Below, in pieces: positions 19,244 through 28,889 of a stretch of DNA of 64,000 nucleotides; position 1 is the first letter of the stretch, and every line of letters starts with the position of its first letter. Under the pieces are notes generated by a model that worked only from the letters and a program-made list of their open reading frames with translations, did not search any database and was not told the DNA's origin. The translations under genes were made by a program, and so were the position numbers. Source of the stretch: Candidatus Magasanikbacteria bacterium UBA922 (GTDB lineage: Bacteria > Patescibacteriota > Patescibacteriia > Magasanikbacterales > UBA922); NCBI GenBank assembly GCA_002293825.1, contig DBDW01000001.1:3314-67313 (forward strand), in the 5' to 3' direction.

Positions 19244-19636
19244 TTATACTAATTTAATAAGTTTTCCTTTTCGCTTCACGATATGTTTGTAATCCCACTG
19301 AATCGTCTTCGACTTCTTGAGCCAGCGCCTCAGATCACTCACCTTAATTTCTTCGAGTGAATTATAGAAAATTGACGCATCTTTGAATTTCTTGCCGACC
19401 ACACTGAGTCCTGGTTCATCAAAACTTTTTCCACTCCAAAACATGAGACGTATTCCTGGCTTCTGCTTGCTATAGCCGACAATCGGATTACCGTCGAGAA
19501 ACCATACGGGATGCCGATGCCAGATTTTATACTCGGCATTCGGCAGACCTCTGCTAAGTTCTTCTGCCAAGAAGTTGCATATCTTCTTTTCTTCTGCAGT
19601 GAATGTGGCGCTGTAGTGTAGAATTTCTTTTTTCAT
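19244..19636 (-). CDS. DUF1801 (YdhG/YdeI-like) domain protein
   Basis: WHRHPVWFLDGNPIVGYS...LMFWSG motif. Confidence 0.6.
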   Translation of the reverse strand: MKKEILHYSATFTAEEKKICNFLAEELSRGLPNAEYKIWHRHPVWFLDGNPIVGYSKQKPGIRLMFWSGKSFDEPGLSVVGKKFKDASIFYNSLEEIKVSDLRRWLKKSKTIQWDYKHIVKRKGKLIKLV

Positions 19637-19646
19637 AACATTCTGA

Positions 19647-20024
19647 TCAAAACCTTGCAGACAATATTTCTACAGGCTGATCACTCGTGCGTTTGAATTT
19701 TATCGTATCTACCAATTTATACCGTAAAAAAGTTGGAATTTCCATATCTTCTTCACGATATCTCCCTACCCCAGAAAATACATACGCATACACTTCTCCA
19801 CCATGTGGACCAAGCACAATAGGCACACCTTTCTTTGTTTTTTTCACTGGTTTCTCCAATCTCGGTGGATATGCATACCCTTTGATCTCTGGAGATACGT
19901 CTTTTCCTTCATTCACATCTTTTCCATCAATCGCAAATATCACTTCGACAAAATCAGAACTCCGATTTGCAAAATTGATCACTTTTCGTCCTTCTATCTC
20001 TATAATTGAAAGTTGGTATTCCAT
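19647..20024 (-). CDS. Hypothetical 125 aa protein immediately downstream of, and probably co-transcribed with, the FtsZ-like gene
   Basis: 13 nt gap to the upstream gene; no recognisable domain. Confidence 0.5.
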   Translation of the reverse strand: MEYQLSIIEIEGRKVINFANRSSDFVEVIFAIDGKDVNEGKDVSPEIKGYAYPPRLEKPVKKTKKGVPIVLGPHGGEVYAYVFSGVGRYREEDMEIPTFLRYKLVDTIKFKRTSDQPVEILSARF

Positions 20025-20037
20025 AGAATATATATAA

Positions 20038-20952
20038 CTATGCTCCGATTAATACAATTTTCACTTTGTTTCCCAATTTCTGATCAGACACCACCCCAAA
20101 GAGTATTCGTGCATTCTGATCCACCTGACCTGCGATATAATTCCCTACTGCAGACACACTCTCCATGAGCACCTCACGACCCGCATAAATCACATACAGT
20201 ACGCGCTTCATCTGTGACACCTCGGGCGCTCTCAATGCAGGATGTACAAATAAGGTATCTGTAATCGATGCAATATTTGATTCATCACTCTCAACACTAT
20301 GAAAAAACAATGATCCTGCCGACTGAATCGTAGTTTTCAAATCCGCAAAATCAATATTGATAAGTCCATGCGTATCGACAATATCAAGAATCATGCTGAT
20401 GGCCTGCTCGATCACCCGATTCACTTGCATCAATCCTTCAGATGCGCTCGCCATACCAAGTACACGCGCACTATCGACCACGATCATCCCATCTACTGCG
20501 CCAGACACAATCGCACTCGCTCGATCTACCAAATCCTGTCGAGTAGCTCCTTCGAATGGAAATGCGGTCCTGCCCACAAAACACGTAAGTATTCCCTGTG
20601 CACGTGCCAAATTCGCCACCTCAGCCACCTGATACGCATTTGATTCGGTCGCCAGATTCCCCACGAGAAATACCATATCCGCCCCCGAGAGCACACCACG
20701 TACCTCACGCTCGACCGTAGCCATCACTTCTCGCGCTCCAGCTACGGGATCATTCGATACGAGGCTCATATACGGAACCTCGATTTTCGTAGTGATGTGT
20801 GGTGCATGTGCGAGTGCACTCGGTAGCCCGATTGACACGAGCTCGATCGTACGAGATGCCAGATGATACAGGCGATCGATAATCAGAGCTCCCTGCCCAC
20901 CGATAGAGATGATACGAATACGTGGATGTGATGAAGATTTTTTTGGAGGCAT
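20038..20952 (-). CDS. Divergent FtsZ/tubulin-family paralog with degenerate nucleotide-binding loops (pseudo-FtsZ)
   Basis: Aligns along its full length with FtsZ (IRIISIGGQGAL vs IKVIGVGGGGGN; GADMVFLVGNLATESNAYQVAEVA vs [27 protein letters not shown]; T7 loop NIDFADL conserved). The T1 and T4 glycine loops are lost. Start at the MPPKK Met. Confidence 0.75.
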   Translation of the reverse strand: MPPKKSSSHPRIRIISIGGQGALIIDRLYHLASRTIELVSIGLPSALAHAPHITTKIEVPYMSLVSNDPVAGAREVMATVEREVRGVLSGADMVFLVGNLATESNAYQVAEVANLARAQGILTCFVGRTAFPFEGATRQDLVDRASAIVSGAVDGMIVVDSARVLGMASASEGLMQVNRVIEQAISMILDIVDTHGLINIDFADLKTTIQSAGSLFFHSVESDESNIASITDTLFVHPALRAPEVSQMKRVLYVIYAGREVLMESVSAVGNYIAGQVDQNARILFGVVSDQKLGNKVKIVLIGA

Positions 20953-21009
20953 AGTAGGATGATTCAAGAATAGTGCGATACTGTGTACTATATCACAGCA
21001 CACACATGA

Positions 21010-21045
21010 GACAAAAAAATCGAACAGTTTTAGTGTTCGATGTGT
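21010..21045 (-). terminator. Rho-independent terminator after the NERD gene (ATCGAAC..GTTCGAT then T7 on minus strand)
   Basis: Hairpin plus a 7-nt homopolymer read from sequence. Confidence 0.55.
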
Positions 21046-21140
21046 AGACTCTACTGTCATTCTGAGCCGAATGCACCTGAGGCGAAGAATCCCTTCACGA
21101 ATGATATACACAACAATATTCAAGGGATCCTTCACTGCGT

Positions 21141-21878
21141 TCAGGATGACACACTTTCCTTTTGTTTTTTTCTCAACACTCCTTCTATCTTCTGCACCAC
21201 ATCTGATGAAAGCTTCTCTACCTCATTATCAAGTATTGTTTTTCTCAGCCATTTTTTTCCAACCACACGCACACCTTTCACATCATTATTTCCGAAACGT
21301 ATTCGCGCCGAGTGAGAACTGAACACAATAATCGGTTTTACAAAATACTCTTCCTTGAGCTCAGATAGTAAAAACGCATGCACATCCACAGCCTCACTCA
21401 TGACCTGAGATAAAATATTTTTCTCAAGCCTACTGCCATCTCTGGCAAGCTCATCACCATCATATCCAATACTTCCTTTATAACTCTTCGCATCAATCGC
21501 GAATACACCCGTCGGACCGACCACCACAAAATCAACATCACAATTCTCTCTAAATTTTAAACCATGAAACACAATATATTCATTTGGAAGTTGCGCAAGA
21601 ATTCTACGAACAACCATCTCACCATCTTGTCCATTCAGTGCACTAAAAAACCCAGTCCTACTTCTATCAATTAGAATAAATAATAATTTGAATAAGCCTA
21701 TCCACGCTAGTAATAAAATTAGAGAAACCCACCATAGCAACACAAAAAATAATCGAATATAGTAAAAATAAATAAGTAACAAAATTACCGTTGCCCCAAC
21801 AGCGCTTAAGAAGCGAAAACGATTTTTCTCTTTTTTATCTATTATATATTCACTCTCACCTCCGTATACTTTTGCCAT
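21141..21878 (-). CDS. NERD (nuclease-related domain) protein with N-terminal transmembrane helices
   Basis: 2-3 hydrophobic helices, then GEMVVRRILAQLPNEYIVFHGL...DVDFVVVGPTGVFAIDAKSYKG, typical of NERD. Confidence 0.7.
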   Translation of the reverse strand: MAKVYGGESEYIIDKKEKNRFRFLSAVGATVILLLIYFYYIRLFFVLLWWVSLILLLAWIGLFKLLFILIDRSRTGFFSALNGQDGEMVVRRILAQLPNEYIVFHGLKFRENCDVDFVVVGPTGVFAIDAKSYKGSIGYDGDELARDGSRLEKNILSQVMSEAVDVHAFLLSELKEEYFVKPIIVFSSHSARIRFGNNDVKGVRVVGKKWLRKTILDNEVEKLSSDVVQKIEGVLRKKQKESVSS

Positions 21879-21882
21879 AGTA

Positions 21883-22632
21883 CTATACTATAAGATTATT
21901 TCTAGCTTCGACATATCGACACCAATCGCAGCTCTTCCCTGTCTCTGGGATCGTGTCACTCTCGAGACATTTTTTTATTTTCAGCAGTGTCGGCTCGACC
22001 CATGAATCGTCGCCCGTATATGGAATAAGATTCACATCAAATTCTATGCGTTTATCAAATGCTTCTCGATCCATTTTTCCCGTACAGTACACAAAATATC
22101 CGGTATCAGAAACCAGCAAACCATTCTGTCGCAAGAGCCACTGATACACTTCCATCTGTCGCTTGTAGCCATCTTGCCATTCTTTGTCGAGTTCGGTCAC
22201 CGCTTCCTCTTTTGCAGTAGCCTTGTAATCGACGACAATATATTCATCTGCGCCGGTGATCCAGAGATCATCGATCGCACCCGAGACCAGAAGTCCAGTC
22301 GGCTCGTGCAGATATTTCATTCCGCCAAAATTATATCTCCACTCATCGAGCTCATCGTGTGCCACGGGTCGAGCATCAATCCCATACTCTTTCTGCAATG
22401 GATGCTGTTCACCTCGCACCCGATGTGCGTCGAATTCTTGTTTTAATAAATGATCGACTGCACTATTGATGGAAAACGGAAACCCGGGGACGCGCTTCAC
22501 ACCAAGCTTATTATCAATATAGAAACAACGCGGACACTCAAGAAACAGATCAATCTTTGATCTGCTCAGTTTCCAATTGTTTCCGCCGTAGTTCCAGGCG
22601 TCGCCTCGAGTAGGGTTGTAGAAGGTGGACAT
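21883..22632 (-). CDS. Cas4/RecB-like PD-(D/E)xK nuclease with predicted Fe-S cluster cysteines
   Basis: N-terminal CPRC, VVDYK (DxK), QMEVYQ (QxxxY), C-terminal CDWC. Confidence 0.65.
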   Translation of the reverse strand: MSTFYNPTRGDAWNYGGNNWKLSRSKIDLFLECPRCFYIDNKLGVKRVPGFPFSINSAVDHLLKQEFDAHRVRGEQHPLQKEYGIDARPVAHDELDEWRYNFGGMKYLHEPTGLLVSGAIDDLWITGADEYIVVDYKATAKEEAVTELDKEWQDGYKRQMEVYQWLLRQNGLLVSDTGYFVYCTGKMDREAFDKRIEFDVNLIPYTGDDSWVEPTLLKIKKCLESDTIPETGKSCDWCRYVEARNNLIV

Positions 22633-22636
22633 ACAA
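22590..22636. repeat. Copy 1 of a 46 bp direct repeat: encodes the real N-terminus (MSTFYNPTRGDAWNY) of the Cas4-like nuclease
   Basis: 41/46 identity with 23569-23615. Confidence 0.8.
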
Positions 22637-22643
22637 AATATTC

Positions 22644-23450
22644 TTACTTTTTTTCAATTTTTTTATTTTTACTGCGACGTATTCTAGTTTCGGCTTTCCC
22701 TACACCATCCACAGTTGGCAGTTCTTCAGGCATAGTACCGCCCAATTCTTCGATCGTTTTTCTCACTTTTTGTCCCACATGATAATGTGTCAAATTCGCA
22801 TTCATTTCTCCCTGCACACTTTCTCTCCTCAATTTTGCGTCTGCTTGAGTAGCACGAAATAAATTTGCAGCCAGCTCTTCACTGCCCATGTGATCGAGAA
22901 TCTTTTGAGATTTCTTCAATTGTTTTCTCTGATGAATATCTGAAGCATCCAATCCACCATACAAACCCTTATATCCATAATTCTGAAATCTCCCATAGTT
23001 TGTCACACCAGCTCCTTCTGCTGCTTCAAGTAACGAAGCATTGTGTTTCTTTACCTCATCTCGCAACCTCACACGTTTTTGATCTTCGAGAAGTGCATCA
23101 GAAACTTCTTGTTTTCGAGTTTGAATAGCAAAATATGTTTGACCCAATGCCACGATTTCCTTACTTGGATCAGAATTCTGAATAATCAGATAACAGCCAT
23201 AGCGTGATAGATGTATAGTATCAATACGTCTCTCGGCACCAGACCCGATCATGACCATTTCGTCCACATGGGAAAAATGGTTGTGGATATCTTGACCACT
23301 ATTCTTGCACGCTTCCTTTGCTTTCTCAATTACATTCAAAAATTTGCTATAGTTAGGATATTCTAAGACCTTTGCCAAATCACGGGAAGACCAATACTCA
23401 CCCCCGTATTCATTAACTTTTTTTAAGCGCTCGAATGCATTATGTACCAT
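22644..23450 (-). CDS. dinD: DNA damage-inducible protein D / RhuM-family protein
   Basis: EYWSSRDLAKVLEY...LSRYGCYLIIQNSDPSKEIVALGQTYFAIQTRKQE closely matches E. coli DinD. Confidence 0.85.
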   Translation of the reverse strand: MVHNAFERLKKVNEYGGEYWSSRDLAKVLEYPNYSKFLNVIEKAKEACKNSGQDIHNHFSHVDEMVMIGSGAERRIDTIHLSRYGCYLIIQNSDPSKEIVALGQTYFAIQTRKQEVSDALLEDQKRVRLRDEVKKHNASLLEAAEGAGVTNYGRFQNYGYKGLYGGLDASDIHQRKQLKKSQKILDHMGSEELAANLFRATQADAKLRRESVQGEMNANLTHYHVGQKVRKTIEELGGTMPEELPTVDGVGKAETRIRRSKNKKIEKK

Positions 23451-23568
23451 ATACCCCTCCTTAATTAGTGAATAAAATTATGTAATATTTTAGAATTCTC
23501 TATCTTTTATTTCCCTGACTTCGTTCAATTATATTGCTTATATATTATCTTACAATTTCCCCATCAAT

Positions 23569-23615
23569 AGTTCCAGTCTGCGCCTCGAGTAGGGTTGTAG
23601 AAGGCAGACATAGGA
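23569..23615. repeat. Copy 2 of the 46 bp direct repeat: relic gene start encoding MSAFYNPTRGADWNY followed by a stop
   Basis: Flanks the other side of dinD; 5 substitutions, all keeping the reading frame. Confidence 0.8.
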
Positions 23616-23616
23616 T

Positions 23617-24015
23617 TTACTTAAGTAGATTCCATGTATCTTTATATTTTAAAATAGCTCCTTTCATGATTCTTTTTTCTTTTTTAAAATGACTAATCAA
23701 TTTAGATAATTCGACACTCGGTACTATATATATTTCAGGCTCAACTGCCAAATCTTCAAATTTATTATTATAAATAACAAAAACTACAAAAAGATCTTTT
23801 TTTACTAAGACATTATTCACCACCAAAGATGAGTACCCTCTCACTGATTTCACATCAATTGATATCGATGTTCCATCCTTTTTTACAACCCTAATGTCAA
23901 TGCTCTTCTTGTTACCTTGACTAATATAGGCTTCCATTCCCAATCTATACAACTTTGATAACACTAAATACTCACTTGCAATACCGGTATCGAAGGTATT
24001 TCTTCTTGGTGGCAT
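23617..24015 (-). CDS. Putative Hjc/NucS-like PD-(D/E)xK nuclease (restriction-endonuclease fold), hypothetical
   Basis: E..(24 aa)..DIRVV..(10)..IDVKS pattern; 132 aa. Confidence 0.4.
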   Translation of the reverse strand: MPPRRNTFDTGIASEYLVLSKLYRLGMEAYISQGNKKSIDIRVVKKDGTSISIDVKSVRGYSSLVVNNVLVKKDLFVVFVIYNNKFEDLAVEPEIYIVPSVELSKLISHFKKEKRIMKGAILKYKDTWNLLK

Positions 24016-24019
24016 AGAT

Positions 24020-24451
24020 TTATTTTTTTAACAATACAAAATATGGTAATTTGTCTAACCCTATATAATTAAACATCCAGTAATTCGCACGTCTCGCTGT
24101 TTCTGATAATTTATGTTTTTTTAAATGGGTCTTTGGAACAAACGGGTAAAATCTAATTTCCTGGTGATTTCCCTCTTTATCTTTCCATTTAAAATTCGCG
24201 ATCAGTGCTGGTGTAATAAAACCAGATTTCAAGACTTTATCCATAATTTCCCATCCTGCACCAAAAATAATTGGTTTTGGTTTACTTTGGTTAGTCTTCA
24301 CTTGTGCACGAAAAGAACAGCCAGTGCATTGCACATCATATAAGGGATAGTTGGGTGGCAAGATCATGAGTTTTTTTGCGCAATTTGGACACGGTACATT
24401 TTCTACCACATCCAATTCACCTGCACGACCGTTTTCTTGATTTTTGGACAT
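24020..24451 (-). CDS. Hypothetical zinc-ribbon protein (CPNC-x17-CTGC) linked to the 3' end of hsdR
   Basis: ORF begins 17 nt after the hsdR stop; it would overlap hsdR by 20 nt if the upstream start at 24487 is used. Confidence 0.5.
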   Translation of the reverse strand: MSKNQENGRAGELDVVENVPCPNCAKKLMILPPNYPLYDVQCTGCSFRAQVKTNQSKPKPIIFGAGWEIMDKVLKSGFITPALIANFKWKDKEGNHQEIRFYPFVPKTHLKKHKLSETARRANYWMFNYIGLDKLPYFVLLKK

Positions 24452-24467
24452 ATATATAAATAATCTT

Positions 24468-27400
24468 TTATACGCTCTCCCCCGCAAACAACTCAGCCTG
24501 TTTCAATACGGTATCAGTTGCAATTTCTTGCGCATCCGGTGGATAGCCATATTGATTGAGCAAACGCTTAACCATAATACGCATACGCGCACGGGCTGAT
24601 TCTCTTAGACTCCAATCAATTGATGCATTTTCTCGCACGCGTTGTACCAAAATTCGGGCCAGTTCTCTCAAGGTATCGTCACCAAGTACTTTTCCCGCAC
24701 TTTCATTCATTACCAAAGCATCATAGAATGCAATCTCATCTTCAGTCAATCCTAGATTTTCTCCACGCTTATCAGCTTCTTGTACTTCATGCGCGAGCTT
24801 GATCAACTCATCGATTACTTGCGCTGCAGTTAATAAATTATTTTGGTATTTCTTGATTGCCGCATGAAGTATTTCTGAAAACTTTTTGCTCTGTACCGCA
24901 TTCTTTTTTCCTCGTGTTCTGATTTCATCATTTAATATTTTCTTGAGTAATTCAAGCGCAATATTTTGTCGTTTCATGCCGCGAATTTCTTCCAAGAATT
25001 CTTCTGAAAGAATAGAAATATCTGGTTTTTTGATTCCGGCAGCATCAAAAATATCAATCACCCCTTCCGACACCACTGCTTTGTCTACGATTTGTCGGAT
25101 CGTAGTCTCAATATCCATATCTTTTCCTCCCCCATCGCTCGCCAGTTTGGTAAGTCGTGCTTTGACTGCTTGGAAAAAGGCTACTTCATCTCGAATTTCA
25201 ACTGCTCTCAAATTTGGCATCGCAAGCGCAAATAATTTTCCGAGCGCATTCACTTCTGTGACAAATCGTTCTTTGTGATCTAGATTCCCAAGCAAAAAAT
25301 CTTCTACTTCAAGAATCGCAACTAATTTTTGTTTTGCTGTGCCGGTAAAATATTTTGAATAGTCTACATCGTGTAAAATTCCCTGCACAATTTCATATTT
25401 AGCAAGCATGTGCGGCACGGTATCCACTGTCTGATCGGCAATCATACCACCCGTTCCACCACTCTCAGTATAAACAGCAAGCGCTTCCTTGAGATCACTT
25501 GCAATGCCGATATAGTCGACAATGAGACCACCTGGTTTATCCTTAAATACTCGATTCACACGAGCAATCGTCTGCATGAGATTGGCTCCCTGCATAGGCT
25601 TATCAATATACATGGTATGAAGGCAGGGCACATCAAATCCCGTAAGCCACATGTCGCGCACAATCACGAGTTTCAATGGATCTTTAGTATCCTTGAATCT
25701 GGTCGCCAGATCTTTTCGATCTTCTTTGGTGGTATGATGCGGTTGCCAATCGGTCGGATCGGATGAAGATGTAGTCATGACGACTTTAAGTGCCCCCTGT
25801 TTCTTGTCATCACTATGCCATTCTGGTTTTAGTTTTATAATCTCTCGGTAGAGCTCGACTGCAATACGACGACTCATGGCCACAATCATTGCTTTTCCTT
25901 CGAATACTTCTTGTCGTGCTTCAAAATGCGCGACCAGATCACGCGCAATGTCTTGCAATCGTGCATGGTGTCCCACAATTGCCTCAAGCTGTGCCCATTT
26001 TGCTTTCGCTTTTTCGCTCACGGTTGATTCTTCACTTTCGAGTACGGCATCGACTGCACGATCAAGTTCTGCTTTTTTGTTTTCATCAAATCCAATTTTT
26101 ACCAATCGTGATTCGTAACTGATAGGAACCGTCGCCCCATCCACGACTGCTGCCTGGATATCGTAGACATCAACATAATTACCAAAGACTGCGCGAGTAT
26201 TGGCATCATTTTTTTCAATCGGAGTGCCAGTGAACCCGATAAACGACGCATGAGGTAGTGCATCTCGCAGATATTTTGCAAATCCATACGTAGTCTCTGC
26301 ACCCGTTTCAGTTGTTTTCACTTTTGCCCGTAATCCATATTGACTTCGGTGTGCTTCATCGGCCATGACAATAATATTTTCTCGATCCGAGAGTTTGCCA
26401 TACTCAGTCTCCCCTTCAGCCAGTGAAAATTTCTGAATGGTGGTAAATATAATGCCTCCACCTGATGTTGCTAATAGTTTTTTCAAATGTTCACGATTTT
26501 CTGCCTGGACCGGCTCCTGACGCAAGAGTTCGGTCGCTCCGGCGAAGGTATCAAATAATTGTTGATCAAGGTCGTTTCGATCCGTAATCACCACAATTGT
26601 CGGATTATTGAGTCTCTGCACAATCTTTCCTGCATAGAAAACCATGGATAATGATTTTCCTGATCCTTGCGTATGCCATACCACTCCAGCCTTCCGATCA
26701 CCTCGCGTTGCACTCAGTGTAGAATCGAGTGCTTTTTCTACCGCAAAATATTGATGATAGGCTGCAACTTTCTTGATCGTGCGAGTATAGGGCAACCCTG
26801 CATCATCAAATTTTCGTTCTTGTTCGTAGACCGTAAAATTTCGAACGAGATCAAGCAATCGCTCAGGCGTAAGCATTCCCAGTACTAATGTTTCAATCTC
26901 TGGCACCGTACGTTTCTCATCACGTGCTCCATCAATCGATTTCCACGCGAGGAATCGATCAAATCCGCTTGTGATCGTACCCATACGGGCGTCGAGACCG
27001 TCTGAGATGACGAGGATTCCATTGTACGCAAATAAATCAGGAATTGCTGATTGGTAATTGGTAAGCTGAGTAAATGCTTTGTGCACCGTCGCCTCTTCAT
27101 TCTTCGCATCTTTGAGTTCAATCACGACGAGTGGTAATCCGTTTACAAAGAGTACTACATCAGGAATTTTGTCTCGTTCCAGTCCCTTGATATAGAATTG
27201 ATTAGTTGCAAGCACATCATTATGTGACACCTGCTCCCAATCAATCACCCGCACTTCCCGTCCGCGCATATGTCCCTCTTCAAGAATTTCTACGGTTACT
27301 CCTTCTACGAGCAGGCGATGTACCGCACGATTATTTTCTACGATATTGTCGGTCTGGGTAGCAGTATGAATAATCTGATTCACTGCAAAGTTTCTCGCTT

Positions 27401-27575
27401 CTTCGGGGATATCAGGATTGAGCCGAGCGATTGCAGTGACCAGTCGATCACGAAGTATTACCTGCGAGAGATCCGGTCGCTCGGGTTCGAGTGCCTCGGG
27501 ACTGAGGTATGAAAAACCTGCTTCGCGGAGAAGGTCGAGGGTGAGTTGTTCGATTGAGGATTCGTTGAGGGTCAT
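24468..27575 (-). CDS. hsdR: Type I restriction enzyme R subunit
   Basis: 1035 aa with SF2 helicase motifs (TGSGKS, DEAHRSQ) and N-terminal nuclease region. Confidence 0.95.
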   Translation of the reverse strand: MTLNESSIEQLTLDLLREAGFSYLSPEALEPERPDLSQVILRDRLVTAIARLNPDIPEEARNFAVNQIIHTATQTDNIVENNRAVHRLLVEGVTVEILEEGHMRGREVRVIDWEQVSHNDVLATNQFYIKGLERDKIPDVVLFVNGLPLVVIELKDAKNEEATVHKAFTQLTNYQSAIPDLFAYNGILVISDGLDARMGTITSGFDRFLAWKSIDGARDEKRTVPEIETLVLGMLTPERLLDLVRNFTVYEQERKFDDAGLPYTRTIKKVAAYHQYFAVEKALDSTLSATRGDRKAGVVWHTQGSGKSLSMVFYAGKIVQRLNNPTIVVITDRNDLDQQLFDTFAGATELLRQEPVQAENREHLKKLLATSGGGIIFTTIQKFSLAEGETEYGKLSDRENIIVMADEAHRSQYGLRAKVKTTETGAETTYGFAKYLRDALPHASFIGFTGTPIEKNDANTRAVFGNYVDVYDIQAAVVDGATVPISYESRLVKIGFDENKKAELDRAVDAVLESEESTVSEKAKAKWAQLEAIVGHHARLQDIARDLVAHFEARQEVFEGKAMIVAMSRRIAVELYREIIKLKPEWHSDDKKQGALKVVMTTSSSDPTDWQPHHTTKEDRKDLATRFKDTKDPLKLVIVRDMWLTGFDVPCLHTMYIDKPMQGANLMQTIARVNRVFKDKPGGLIVDYIGIASDLKEALAVYTESGGTGGMIADQTVDTVPHMLAKYEIVQGILHDVDYSKYFTGTAKQKLVAILEVEDFLLGNLDHKERFVTEVNALGKLFALAMPNLRAVEIRDEVAFFQAVKARLTKLASDGGGKDMDIETTIRQIVDKAVVSEGVIDIFDAAGIKKPDISILSEEFLEEIRGMKRQNIALELLKKILNDEIRTRGKKNAVQSKKFSEILHAAIKKYQNNLLTAAQVIDELIKLAHEVQEADKRGENLGLTEDEIAFYDALVMNESAGKVLGDDTLRELARILVQRVRENASIDWSLRESARARMRIMVKRLLNQYGYPPDAQEIATDTVLKQAELFAGESV

Positions 27576-27576
27576 A

Positions 27577-28884
27577 TTATTTCATTTTAACAATCAAATC
27601 TAATACCTTCTTAAAGGTTTCACTATCAGGCAACAGATCTTGCAACGTTTTAACCTCTTCCAAAAAATCAGTGCCATCTTTTTTATTTCTTGACTTGTCC
27701 AACTTCTCTTTTGCATTAGCAACCTCTTCATAAGGTGATTGATAAAGCAAACACAAATTATCTGAAATAAATTTAACTATATCAACTTTAGTCTCAGGTA
27801 ATTTACTCTTAACACTAACGTTTACAACATCTTCTAACAAAAACTTCGTGTGATTTCTTATTACAGCCGCGATTACAGCCTTAGAGGCATATTTTTCATT
27901 AAGTTTTCTCTCGTGACTATACTGTTTTGCAGCCAAACCAACTAAAAACAATAGTGGTGATGTTAGTGTTAATCTATATAATGTCGTTTCTATTCCAGGA
28001 TGACTATCCCTATGAAATAAAATAAACAACATAATGGAGAGTAAAATTATACCTAGAACAAAAACACCCAACCAAATCAAAGAACTTATACGTAATAATT
28101 TTTCTCTCTTTTGAAAAGAATTTGCAAAACCTGTATCTGTGATCAAAGCTGTGATTTTTTCAACTTCTGACTTATTAGTATTTATCTCTTTAAGCCCTTG
28201 CTCAGACTCGTCTTTCATTTTTAAAACAGTATCCTTTACTTGTTTTATATCTTCAACTAGTTTAGCTGATTGATCACGAAAAGATTTTATTTCAACCAAC
28301 AAAGCATTCGATTGTTTCTGCAAGTCGACTGACTGATTAAGGATTGCTTGAAGCCCGTTATTAGTATCATTTATTTTAGCATTAACAGCAACAAAATCTT
28401 CATAAGCTTTTTGAATTTGGGAAATCTTATTTTGTATCTCAACAAATTGTTTTTCAATCTCAGCTAAACTTTGCTGAGATTTAGTCTTTATATTTTCGAC
28501 ATCTCCCTTAAAACTTGCCGCGGTGGAAACCAAAGCTTCGACCTCACTATTACGTCCTTCAATTTTTCCTTTAATATTCTCTATCTTTTGTAAAAATTCA
28601 TCAATTTTCTCTACATTTGGACGAGCTTGCTCAACATTATTTTTTATTTCTGATAAATATGTGTTGACTTTTTCTTTAATATTTTCAATTACTACCAATC
28701 TCTCACGAGAATCATTTGATATTTTTTCAATATCAATATTTCTAGTCTCGACTGCTTTAAATGCAGCATCATATCGAACACTAAGTGTATTAATTTCATC
28801 AAGTAAATTTTTTGCTTTCTTATATTGATTTCTTAACTCTTGTAATTCTTGTTGAGTAATGTTTTGACTATTTGTATCATCCAT
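27577..28884 (-). CDS. Hypothetical 435 aa protein: about 255 aa N-terminal coiled coil, two adjacent TM helices, and a 140 aa C-terminal domain, embedded between hsdS and hsdR
   Basis: Heptad-rich K/E/Q/N/I N-terminus; [28 protein letters not shown]; 5 nt gap to the hsdS stop, 1 nt gap to the hsdR start. Confidence 0.7.
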   Translation of the reverse strand: MDDTNSQNITQQELQELRNQYKKAKNLLDEINTLSVRYDAAFKAVETRNIDIEKISNDSRERLVVIENIKEKVNTYLSEIKNNVEQARPNVEKIDEFLQKIENIKGKIEGRNSEVEALVSTAASFKGDVENIKTKSQQSLAEIEKQFVEIQNKISQIQKAYEDFVAVNAKINDTNNGLQAILNQSVDLQKQSNALLVEIKSFRDQSAKLVEDIKQVKDTVLKMKDESEQGLKEINTNKSEVEKITALITDTGFANSFQKREKLLRISSLIWLGVFVLGIILLSIMLFILFHRDSHPGIETTLYRLTLTSPLLFLVGLAAKQYSHERKLNEKYASKAVIAAVIRNHTKFLLEDVVNVSVKSKLPETKVDIVKFISDNLCLLYQSPYEEVANAKEKLDKSRNKKDGTDFLEEVKTLQDLLPDSETFKKVLDLIVKMK

Positions 28885-28889
28885 ACTTT

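Noticed and set aside
20953-21140. Imperfect inverted repeats (GTCATTCTGAG...TTCAGGATGAC) between the FtsZ-like and NERD genes as a mobile-element end
   Set aside because: Arms are short and imperfect, with no transposase or integrase nearby. More simply explained by the NERD terminator plus promoter region.
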